This document shows, piece by piece, positions 51,279 through 62,157 of a DNA stretch of 64,000 nucleotides. The notes under the pieces are model-generated. The model ran no database searches, was not told where the DNA came from, and saw only the letters and a list, made by a program, of their open reading frames with translations. Every line of letters starts with the position of its first letter. Position 1 is the stretch's first letter. The DNA is from Psammoneis japonica. Lineage: Eukaryota. The position numbers were made by a program, and so were the translations under genes. The stretch is taken from contig QPGO01000083.1 in NCBI GenBank assembly GCA_008632985.1, forward strand, positions 1 to 64,000, written 5' to 3'.

Positions 51279-54200
51279 CCCCCACACACTGGGAGAATCG
51301 TGACCCCTGTGAGTCTGGGTGCACTGTTCTTCTAGTGAACAGTGCAGTGGTGTGTCATTGCTGCCATCTAGCACGTGGGAGGGATGGTGATGTCCACTCC
51401 CAAATGTCGGAAGAACAGGATGCGTGCCACATTTTTGGTGAGCATGTTGCTGCAATTGGCTGATGTGTCAATGCGATCCAGTTGAACTAAGTCGTGTTCG
51501 ACCCAGTCTTGAAGAGCAAAATGGCGAATGTCAATGTGGCGGGTGCGGCGGGTGGGTTTGCTTGTGGTGGCCATCTTGCAGGGATGCATCATTGTCTTCG
51601 TACACCAACGCAGCTTGCATCTGGGGGACTGACAGTTCATCCATGACAGACCGGAGACACAGTGCCATCTTGCCTGCATTCAATGCAGCGACAAACTCAG
51701 CTTCCGATGAAGAGGTTGATGCAGTCAGTTGCACTCTGGTCTTCCATGCTGTTGCGGCTCCCGTGAGGAGAAATGCAATGCCGGCAATCGAGCGGCGGTG
51801 TCGGATGTCGGCAGCCCAATCAGAGTCCTTGTAACCTGTGAGTTCGGCAGGAGATGATGCCTGAGGGGGCAAAGGCACACGGTCATGGGGCACAGTCATC
51901 GGAGGTGGAGGAGGAACATGGGGGAGCGTCAGGTTGGATTGTTGATGCCAGCGTGCAAGGCCAAAGTCGGGGTGATGCTTGAGGCACCGGAGAGAGTTCT
52001 TCACACCTTCACAGTGCAGTTGTCCAGGATTAGAGCCGAGTTGGCTCAGCTTGGTGATTGAGTGGCTGAGATCCACGTGGGTGGCAACCATGGCCCACAT
52101 CAATTTGCCAACGGCCTTCCAACAAGAGAAACCCTGTTGTTGTTGAAGGGTTTTAGATGCCTTGGAGTCGGCTGGAGTGGGAGCCTCATCAAGGGATTTG
52201 GAGCAGGAGGTGTCGCCGGGCATCGGGATGGCGGGAGGCGGGCTGAGTTTGTCATCGGCCAGGAAAGCACAGTCAGCCAAGATCCTCTTGATGCTTGAGG
52301 TGCTGTGCAACCGGATGTGGTCTTTGGTCTGTTCAACATCATAACCCAGAAACAGGGTGAGCAAGCCCTGACGTTTGATCTCATCACCGGTGAGATGTTC
52401 ATCCACAATGTCGCATGTGCGTTGACATGTTGCGTCCGAGTCCACAGCAACAGCAAAATCATCGACTTGCCGCAGAAATGGCGCCTCTTTGCTGTTCACG
52501 GTGCCACTGTAGATGCATGGTTCATGGGTGGTTGGGGCAAGATGCAGGTGTTCACGGACAATCTCATCCACATGCATGCTCCACAAGCGGGGAGATTCTG
52601 GATGGCCTTGGAGAGCTCAGAGCACAGGCAGTGCGCAGCCCTCAAGGATGGGAGGGCGACCCAGGTGTTTGGTCCACCAGTTTTGAAAAACTTCATCCAC
52701 TCTCATGTGGAAACATTGCTTGGGAGGAGGAGCCTCAGCGAAGGCGTCACTGACATCCGCACCACACCCGTTTGTTCTTGGGTGCTGCCAAAGCAAAGAA
52801 CAGGCGAATGCTGGGTTGCTCAACAGACGCTGCGCATGTCTGTGCCATTGTCTGGACAAATCCAGCTCTGGGGCTGCCATTGCATGCTCCATGGGCCTTC
52901 TTGGCACGGGCCAGATTGTTCTTAACCAAGTGGGACCACACCCATGGGAACACTGCGGCTCCCGGAGGGGCAGGAATGGGGTCCCCAAACATGCCTTGGC
53001 TGTTGTACATGTCAAGCTGTTTGAATTCACCCAATTCCCAGTCCGGCCAGTCTTCCTGCATCTGGAGTTTCCGGCGTGTGAGCTTGTACAATGAAGGGAG
53101 AGCAGGGTCATGTGGGGAGTCTAGCTGATGGCGGACATGGTTGATCTGGTCCAAAAACAGTTGTGGCAATCCTGCAGCATCCAAGGTCGGTGACCGGCAG
53201 TCATGGGCAAAGCGGAGAACAATGTCCTGAGTGTCTGGATTGATGTCTTCTAACACACGGTCGAGGTCAGTAAAATCATGGACAGGCCGAGTGTTGACTG
53301 CGATGAGGCATGAGCGTTTGAGTTCGGATCGCCATCATGGTGTTCTTGCCGCCTGTGATCCAGGGCAACAGTGACGGAGTCGCAGTCGATGGCGGCGGGG
53401 GTCACAGTCAAACTCAAAACCCAATCTTGGTTTTCTAGACCCGCGGCTGGGCAAAGGTACATCAAAAGAGTCGTCACACGGATCGAAGGACATCGCAACA
53501 TTGGCAACGGATTCGGGGGTGACGGGGTCCTTGGATGCAAAAGCAGCAGCCATCGCGTGACATTGGGCATTGGGAAACAACGTGTTTTCACCAAGCGGCA
53601 AACCCTGGATCAGGCTCATCAGGGGGGGGGGTGGAGACAAGCCTTTGTGAGCACAAGGGGGGGATGTGGTGCTGGGGTCGCTGGCTGGGGTGGAGGCGGG
53701 GATGGAGGTGCAACCTGTTGGATTCCGAGATCGAATGAGAGCTGTGGACCAGGAGGTCCAATCGGTTGAGAGAAGTGTGCCTCGTCATGCGTGGCATGCG
53801 GAGTAGACTTCTCTCATCTGGACGTGGCATTCACATGGTGCACATTGCCGTCCATAGCCGAGTGTCCAATGAAGACACCGTGGAAGGCATGTTTGTCCAA
53901 TTTAGCAGCCGGTTTGCCAGGACGCCAAGCACACATGCAAGATCCAAACGCTCGGAGATGTGACAAGTCAGGAACCTCACCCGTCCATGCCTGGTGTGGA
54001 GTCACATCTGTGGCAGAGTGCCACAGCCGGTTCTTGAGGTGCACCACGTGGGTGAGTGCATCGGCCCAGTGTGTGGCCGGGAGACCCGATGAGCACAGCA
54101 GAGCTCAAACCATTGCTCCAAAGGTCCGATTCAAAATCTCGACCCTGCCATTCTGCCACGGGGCGTCCACGCCGGCAGGCTCCACGACACAGTCGTGTTT

Positions 54201-55436
54201 CAGGCAGACCTTCCGGAATTCCTCAGAGTGAGCCAATTCACCACCTTGATCTGCCCTGACCGCGCAGGTGCCATTGGTGTGCTTGTGCCAAGCTGGGAAG
54301 GCATCCACCAGTTCAATCGGTGGGTCCTCACTCGGGGTGAGGAACACCCACGTATGCTGAGTCTTGGCATCCATGACGAGCAGATGCGAATTGTGCCCAT
54401 CACGTGATTGCACAATGCGCTCAATGCCTTCCTTGTCGCACTGTTTCTTGAGCGTGGTTTCATGTCTGGCCCAGAAGCACGCATGCACCCGCAGTCCATC
54501 TGGAATTGCACCGCTGGCTCCAAGTCCGCATCGTCCTGTTGGGATCCCATGGGGGCGCGCCCATGCCAGGCATCATTGCATGCAGAGCATGATCGATGGG
54601 GATGAGGTGTGGCATCAGCGGACGACGGGACACCTGCAGCATGTCGGCACAGGTGCGACAGTTGGTGCATGCCAGGGTGACCCAGGCGATGGTGCCACAG
54701 TTTGCTGGTGGCGATGCATTGAAGGGAGGACAGTTGTGGTTCTGGATCATCGGACGGGCCCTCACTGTGGCTGGGATGCTCGGGGACAGGGTCCATGGGT
54801 GCAGGGGATGATGGGACATCCGAGTCAAGTTGTTCGTATTTGCTGGGAGGATCAGGCACATCGAACTCACATCCAAGGTCTCTCGATGTCAGTGGATGCA
54901 TCTGCAACGTTCGCATTGCACCCTCCAGTTCCGTGCAACCGTCAGTCAGGGGTGCATCAGGGCAGAGGCGCGGGACAAACCATGAGCCGTTTGCGCGTAC
55001 CATGGGAAAAGACCGGACAAGTGAACGGTCACAATTGGTCACTGTTGACATTCCATGTCCAGAATCCTGAAAATGCGAAGCATGGCATTGGTTGCACTGC
55101 TCTAGCAGGCACCATGGTGATCGACAATGAAAATAAAAATCGATGTCATTGCACCATGCAGGGGCAGTGTGGATCGGATCTCTGTGGCATGGACCCAAGG
55201 AGATCGTGATGTGCGTAGAAGGCACACTGATGCCCATGCAAGCAGCCGCAAAAACAAACGGCAATGGCGTGAATCAGTGTCCAACAAGTGGACGTCATTG
55301 TCATTGACAGAGCGGCAAAGTTTACGATGCAAACGCTCTCTGCCGGTGTCGTCGATGATGAAACGAGAGGAAAATGTGTTGTCAGCAGTGGTGGAGGAGC
55401 CTTGCTTGCACGTCTGTGTAAGCGTTGCTCACAACC

Positions 55437-55483
55437 TGACAGAGATCTCTGCATCCAAGCAGGAATGACACGATCCACTGAGA
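55437..55483 (-). repeat. 5' LTR (47 bp)
   Basis: tgacagagatctctgcatccaagcaggaatgacacgatccactgaga; bounded by the TSD and the PBS. Confidence 0.9.
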
Positions 55484-55488
55484 CCTTC

Positions 55489-56060
55489 CACTGTTTTGTG
55501 GTGCCAAAGTCAGAGTTGTCTCTTTGTTGAGTCTCATTGTGCTTGTACATGAAGAGAAGTCTGGGGAGTTTCAGCAACTCAAGTGGATCATCCCCAATGC
55601 TGGGGACAACTGGGGCTGCCCTGCACTCTCTGCTTCATTTGCTTGGTGCAACAGCCATCTAAAATCTTGGTGAATGCAGCTGTCTTGTTCTCTTTGAACT
55701 GCTTTGCTTTGTCACAGCAGTCAGGCATTGTTGCTGTGGACACTTTTAAGGTGGGCTTTTTGAAATCAAAATCATTGCATTTTACATCTTCAAAAGACCT
55801 TGCCACAGGTGTGCCTTGCTCACACACCTTTTGAGTGCAACAGATGATCTTCTTGTCCTTGACATCTTCCTGTGTGGCATTGCATGCTTTGCTGTTCAGT
55901 GATGAAGGACAAAAGTTTATCACAGGCTGAAAGCTCTTCTTGGTGTTGGTCTTCTTTTTCAGATTGGAGCACCTGTGACTCTTGCCACCTCTGCCACCAT
56001 GACTGCAACTTTGGCCTTGGCTGCTTGTTCTGGTTGTGGGGGTTTAAAGTGCTCAATTGG
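55489..56060 (-). mobile_element. Older gag-like remnant into which the Copia inserted (probably continues at ~51226-50950)
   Basis: KQFKENKTAAFTKILDGCCTKQMKQRV...LLKL..LF pattern resembles LTR gag. TA- and CG-depleted on both sides of the TSD. Confidence 0.4.
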
Positions 56061-56809
56061 CTGCATGCAGGTCATTGACCATTGCATCAGAGAGGTGTGT
56101 GGGTGGACAATGTAATGAAAGAGCAGGAGCAGGAAAATGCTGCAAGCAGAAGCTTGCTCTCAACTGACATCAACCTGAAGTGCAGTGTTTGCACTTCTTG
56201 AGTTACAGCAGCCACCATTGCTGTGCAACTCAGGGCCCCTGCACTGTGTGCNNNNNNNNNNNNNNNNNNNNNNNNNNNNNNNNNNNNNNNNNNNNNNNNN
56301 NNNNNNNNNNNNNNNNNNNNNNNNNNNNNNNNNNNNNNNNNNNNNNNNNNGCAATTTGTGGGACAGGCATCCTGTTTGTGGTGCTTGGCATGCAGTGCAT
56401 TTGTGTGCAGATTGCTCGGCCAGAGACAGACCATTGAGAGGCAGTGGTCTGTGCCCCTGATGCATGAGTGGGGGGTTGTTTTCACAACATGCTTCACTCC
56501 TTGACACTGGTCATGTTGCAGAAGCAGCATGCGACAAGCCTGTGAGTGCTGAGTGGAGCTGCAGCAAGCTTGCTCCTCACACAACCCCCTGTTCACAAAC
56601 CACAAGTGCGTCATGGCAGAGAGTGGAGCACACACATTGCAACTCAAAGCAATGGAACAATTGGTCAAATCTGCCTGCTTGGGTGCCAGTGTTTTGCCAC
56701 ACTTGCTTTGACATGATTGTTCTTCAACGAACTCCACTTCTCACAATTCTCAAATTGCACAACAAGAGCAACCCAGGATGACCAAACAACAAGAACAAAA
56801 GCTTGCCCC

Positions 56810-57870
56810 ATGTGCAGCATCAAGACCAGCGACAAGGACAAGGAGGCCCCTCAAGGTGTTGCCATGACTTTTGTCAGAAGCAACAAACTCAAGCAGATGA
56901 AGTGTCTTCTTACCTTCCTTGGAGCCTGTGCATTGGGCTTCTCATTTCCACCATTTGCCTTGCCATCAATTGCAACAATTGTGATGATGACACCAAGGAG
57001 ATTTGGAGATGTAAGTTCCATTGCTGTCTGAAGGACCCAACCCATGTGCTGGCAAGAACCCAAGTCTGCAAAATGTGCCTTGCAGCATGACAAAAGAACA
57101 GGCCAGCACCATTGTGACTGAGGGATGTCATGGCAAGTTCAAAATGACCACAGTCCCCATCACCACCTCACATGCTGAGGCTGGCTTGTGCCTGTCAGTG
57201 TCCACTGGCACACTGGTGCAAAGCACCTCTCAGCAGGTGAGTGTGATGAGCAAGGCAAAAGCCTGTGCCATGACAATGGTCATCATGAACTTGCCAAATG
57301 CGCACGCCATGGTTTCAAGTGGTGTCATGTCTTTGACAAGAGGAACCCCAAATTCACCACTCCATTCAACTGTCAGCACTGCATTGGTTTGGAGGTTGGT
57401 GAGATCTGCAAAGTGCACTGGCCCAATTCAGTTGCCCGAAAATGTGGAACGGCCTGTCAGCGCCACAGACTGACTTTTACAATGGAGTCTTTTGCACCGA
57501 TGTCATTGCCAAGATTGGTGCTCAGGCCCAAGTCTTTGTCATTGTCAATGATGAAAAATGCTGTGACTCTGACCTCTTGCATGGCATGATTGTTGACGGT
57601 GACAAGGGTGCAAACGTTGCTGTCTGTGCGGGTTCCATCACAGGCATGTCACACAACAAAAGCATTTGTTCTCAATGCTCACCCATGGTGTGGCAGGCAG
57701 ACCACAAATGTCATTTGATTTCTGCCTTGAGCTTTGACAAGCTCTGCCAAGACATGAGAGGTTGCAGTGTAATGACATGCATGATGACGCGCATCCTCAC
57801 GGTTCTCAAGAGCTCATGGTGGACGAGCATGCCACCAACAACCACCAGACCATGCCTCGTCGTTGTGCTG
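56810..57870 (+). pseudogene. Hypermutated delta-carbonic anhydrase pseudogene (diverged paralogue of 23919-25013)
   Basis: Frameshifted segments KLKQMKCLLTFLGAC; EGPNPC.GK; PITTSH.EAGLC/PVSVHWHTGAKH; PKFTTPF.CQHCIG; VHWPNS; GMIVDGDKG; WQADHKCHLISA.SFDKLC; HPHGSQEL.VDEHA.NN. Confidence 0.93.
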
Positions 57871-58588
57871 GCTCTTTGTGCTTCAATGTTTGTTGCAGCA
57901 CAAAAGGAGTGTCCACATGTGTTTCATCAGTGTGTTGTTCTGTTTCTTCATGAGCATTGGCCTTCGGGGGGCAGCAGAGTGGTCTGTTCATTCCTTGTTT
58001 TTGCCAAGTCAATGGCATTGTGTTTCCACCCCAAGCTTCATCTCTCCATTTCTTCAGGGTTTTCCAAGAGATTCACAAGGCCCTGTTGGTTTCATGTGTC
58101 CCAAGCATGCACACAAGACCTCCTCTTTTCATTGCGCGCTTTCCCATTTGCTCAACGAATCATTGCGAGCAAGCCATTTCATCAAGAAGTTCGTTGAGTT
58201 GCATGTGCCTCCTACATAAATCTTGGCACAAGCTTCGTTATGAGAGCAGCATCTCAAGGGCGTAACTCTCCTCTCATCAAGCTTGATCCATCGAAATCCT
58301 CTCTAGTATTTCTTCCATGGAGCTGCAGAACGTTTCGAGCGCACTGCGGCAGCCACCATCCATTGTTCTTTCCACATCCAGGAACTCTCAAGCTGTGTCC
58401 ATCATGTTGTGTATAACACATAAATAGTCTTGCACACACGTCTCTGTCACTCTTTGTATTGTGCAGCCTTGGCTCGCTGTGCTTTGAACGAAAAAGAAAG
58501 AACGTCACTTTTGCATCTCCCATCAAGGGTGATCTTTTGTACGACTACAGTATGAAAAGTCGAAAAGTGCAAAAAGTGATTTATTGAG

Positions 58589-59854
58589 CTACTGCTGAGC
58601 TACCCCATCGAAAAGAATGAAGCTCTCTTCTGTGTCACGGCAGCCCACAACGCCCAACATGTTGCAATCGATTCGCACATCACCACAATCTCGAACAGGG
58701 CAGCACCAACAATCAGTGCTATTCCAGCTGGAATTGACGCAGCACCGGTTGTCAGGGCCCCAATCGTCATGCTTTGTCAGATAAAAAACGTCTTTTTCTT
58801 TTCGGAGGTATTCAAGGATCTGGTCGTTGCAACTCCCCCAATTAACATACGGGATCTGCTTTACCGCAATATCCTTTCGGTGATGTTTCATCACCCATGC
58901 CATGTAAATTTCCCATTCTGACAAAAAATTCCCTAAACTGCTCAAGACATGCCAAGCCATTTGGTCACCATGAATGCGCTCAATGAACTGCAGCATTTCG
59001 GTCACGTACACACCATCCATAATCATTTGATGGGTAATGACAGTGAATTTTTGATCGCCCACGTCAGGAAAGGCTTTGGGTATTTTGTCTTTGAACAATT
59101 CTTGGACAACTGCTGCTGCACCCACTGCATCATTTTCAAACGCGCCGGTTGCATCTGAAGCAATGTTGTAAATGGGTCGCCTTGGCGAGCCTCTGCTCGT
59201 GCCACTGGAAGTGAGAAGGGGCATGGGTCGGACAACGACCGTGTCAGAATCCATGACCAGATAGAGCCGCTTGATTTGAGGAATTCCACGGGAAACGCTG
59301 GAGGAAAGAACTCTGTATGCGTATATTTTCAACAGTTGCTGATACGCCCACGTTGGCTTGGCCTCCCAAAGATTTTTTGCGAGTTTTTGTGTTTGATTCA
59401 AAGTGAATGGAAACAAAGACTCTGGAACAGGAATGACGTTGTCTGTTATTGAGCCGTTTGCCTTGGCATTGACGATCGTTTCGTACGCTCGCGGAGAGGC
59501 AATGCAAAAAATGCGTGAAGCCTTGCCGGCAAATGGGAGCAGCCAAGACACCCAGGACTTCACACCATGCTGTAGCCACACGTCCATGTCGTCATGATGA
59601 ACTAACGTGACAATGTCATACCCACTCCTGTACAGGGTGTCGTTGCGTTTGTTTTCGGATTCTCTACCTTCGGACACTGTCCGACTCTGGAAGATATCCA
59701 AGAAAACGTTCGCAGTGGTATTCAATGCATTCCACTTTCGAAGGAGAAAGAATTGCGAAAGAAAGGACGCAATCGTCCAGAGCAAGATGCAGGACAGCAT
59801 GATCCAATGAAAAGATGATCGCGACCGACATCCTTCCATGTTGATGCTTTGCAT
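58589..59854 (-). CDS. Putative GT-A fold glycosyltransferase, type II membrane protein
   Basis: Intact 421-aa ORF; N-terminal TM; WAYQQLLKIYA; LYLVMDSDTVVVRP (DxD); THQMI; SEWEIY. Confidence 0.78.
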   Translation of the reverse strand: MQSINMEGCRSRSSFHWIMLSCILLWTIASFLSQFFLLRKWNALNTTANVFLDIFQSRTVSEGRESENKRNDTLYRSGYDIVTLVHHDDMDVWLQHGVKSWVSWLLPFAGKASRIFCIASPRAYETIVNAKANGSITDNVIPVPESLFPFTLNQTQKLAKNLWEAKPTWAYQQLLKIYAYRVLSSSVSRGIPQIKRLYLVMDSDTVVVRPMPLLTSSGTSRGSPRRPIYNIASDATGAFENDAVGAAAVVQELFKDKIPKAFPDVGDQKFTVITHQMIMDGVYVTEMLQFIERIHGDQMAWHVLSSLGNFLSEWEIYMAWVMKHHRKDIAVKQIPYVNWGSCNDQILEYLRKEKDVFYLTKHDDWGPDNRCCVNSSWNSTDCWCCPVRDCGDVRIDCNMLGVVGCRDTEESFILFDGVAQQ

Positions 59855-60029
59855 GATGTAGTAGAGTCAATCCTGCTGTGCAAACAGCAAACAGCATCGC
59901 AGCAGCGCAAGCTGTCGCTCAAAAGCTAAGCGGCACATTATGAACATGAAAGCCGTGCACTGACCGTCGTCCGGTGATTTGTCGATGGGCACTTTCACTC
60001 TTGTCACCAAAAAAACGACAATCGCTCGT

Positions 60030-61260
60030 GACGACGGTGATTCTTGCCCTCTGTCGCTCGCCACCTTCTCTTCTCTTGTGACCATTGTTGAACTCCACGA
60101 GCAACCTGACCTTGAGCTGGAGTGGTCATCTGTGGTGGGAGGGATGCGTGAATCGGAGGCAAAGCTCCAACAAGCAGAGAGCCACCACCCGATGGGAGGA
60201 AAATGCTGTGCAAAAGAAGGAGAAGAAGAGAGAGAGAGAAGAGTCAAGAAAGGGCAGAACATGTGCGTCAGAGTGAAAGGTGCTGCCAAGCAGTGGCTGC
60301 GGAGATGAAGCTCCTGCTGCTGCAAGAAAAGAGCCACGGGGGTGGCTGCAGGTGCTGGTGGTGTGGGCAGCAACAAGCAAGCTCGCTCTTTGTTCATCAA
60401 CACGCAGCATGAAATCAATGAAAAGAAAAACTGGGCTTGCAGTGGCTCATCATGGGTTGCTTGCAGAGCACTGCTTCCATGTGCAGTCATCTGCCATGAA
60501 AGCAGCTCCTCGAAAGTGAGCCCCCCCCCTGTGTGAGCAGGAGGGAGGTGCGGGCTGCTCTCTCCTGTGTTGGTTGGTCTCCTGTTTGCAACAAACAATC
60601 TCATGATGATTGCCCTCCATTGCTTCCCACCTTGTCTTCTCTCATGGCCAGTGCACTCCCTGCTGAGCTCTCTGGTTGGTTGTGGTGTGAGCCATGAGAA
60701 ACCAAACCCTGAGGTGGAGCGGTCATCTGCGGGGGCCCTGGAGACAAAGCTCCTGTGCAAGAGAGCCACAGGGGTGGTTGGTGCAAACATCAAGCAAACT
60801 TGCTCTCTGATCATCAACACATGACATGACATTGATGAAAAGAAAGAGTGGGCTTGCAGCAGCTCATTTTGGTGGGTTGCTCGCAGTGCTGAGGATGCTG
60901 CTTCCAGGCACAGAGTTGTCCACCACCAAAGCAGCTCCCAAGTGAACCCCCCTGTGAGCAAGCAGGAGAGGGAGGCACAGACTGATCTTTCCTGTTGGTC
61001 TCCAATCTGCACCAAATAATCACATGATGATTGCCCTCTGCCGCTTGCCACCTTCTCTTCTCTCATGGCCAGTGCACTCCCTGCAGAGCTCTCTGGTTGG
61101 CTGGGGCATGAGCCATGAGAAACCAGCACCTGCAAGAGAGCTGCCACACAGGAAAAGAAGAAAAAGAAAAAAAAAAGAGACAGCTGGAGAAGGGACAGAA
61201 CATGTGCATCAGAGTGAAGGGGGCAGCCAGTGGCTGTGGTTGAGGCACTGTGCCAAGGAC
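60030..61260. repeat. Degenerate modular internal repeats (~420-bp period) in a TA-depleted domain
   Basis: catgatgattgccctc...tcttctctcatggccagtgcactccctgc.gagctctctggttgg...gagccatgagaaacca at ~60602 and ~61023. gagccac.ggggtgg...catcaacac...tgggcttgcag at ~60331 and ~60763. cagaacatgtgc.tcagagtgaa at ~60255 and ~61196. Confidence 0.8.
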
Positions 61261-62157
61261 TCATGAGAGAGGAAAAGAAGACACAGGGGGAGCTGCAGCT
61301 GTGTCAGACAGAGCCAGCAGACCAGCACAGAGAGAGCAAACAAGGGCAAACTCAACTAGATGGCTCACAAGGCAGGGAGCACACCGACCAAGCAAAGTTG
61401 CACACCTCTGGGAGGGTGCCTGGAATGCAGTTGATTTTTGCTCCTGCATTGCGCAGAGCAACTGCAGCAGTGATGTGGCCAGAATGCAAAACCAGGCAGA
61501 AGATGTGCTTGTGCAAGCAGTGCACCAGGTCCAGACGTGCTTCATTGCAGGAGGTCTGAAGAAGATCGATGATGTGCTTGCCACAATGGAAATTGCAGCA
61601 GCCCAAGGCGTCCACCCAGCATGCTCCCAATGGCTCATGTGAGGGGATGCTGAGGCAACAAGCACACCAAATGATTGCCTGCATGGCCTCAACAGGGCAG
61701 AGGAAGCCCTCCTGATGATGACAGCGATGAACAGAGAAATTTTCTTTGCTCTTGTCACAGTGGAAACGCACGTGCACTTCATTGGCGTCAGCCACCAGGA
61801 CGTGTTGAGGGTCAATGGGAGTGCACATCCAAAGCACTAAATGTGAAATCCTCTTCGATTAAGGCCGGAGGCATGCCGGCCCAGTCTCCTGCTTCTGGCG
61901 CAGATGGCTCAGACCGTTGCCTCTTTGATTTGTTTACGATTGAGTTAGCATGACACTGTAGCCAGTTTTCTACCCGCTGGGTGCCAGCTAGGGAGTCCAC
62001 GGAGTAGACAAACATTTGCCTCATTGACCGACGACACTGTTGCATCTATCTGGGGCAAAAATTACTAGACTATGGGAACAGACAGATGTTATATGAATAG
62101 CGTTGTGCTAACTTTGTTACTCGAGCCACATCATGGACTGAGAACGACCCACAGTTC

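Larger units (their letters stand above)
51232..55483 (-). mobile_element. Ty1/Copia (CoDi-like) element with 47-bp LTRs, PBS, PPT and 5-bp TSD; apparently lacking gag
   Basis: TSD CCTTC at 51227-51231 and 55484-55488. PBS-like GGTTGTGAGC (55436-55427); PPT AGTGTGTGGGGG next to the 3' LTR. Pre-integrase (LWHHRLGHPG), IN (VRADQGGEL; WQNGRVE), RT (QGHPESPRLW; FLRQVDDF), RNase H (DSDWAAD; SSSEAEF; RRTRHIDIR). Confidence 0.93.

Noticed and set aside
56252..56350. N runs here and at 2411-2538
   Set aside because: Assembly gaps, not biological features.
46..61950. Hundreds of short Cys/His-rich ORFs as novel genes or metal-binding proteins
   Set aside because: They arise from loss of TAA/TAG stops and Tyr->Cys/His conversion in TA-depleted DNA, overlap in all six frames, and coincide with TE remnants.
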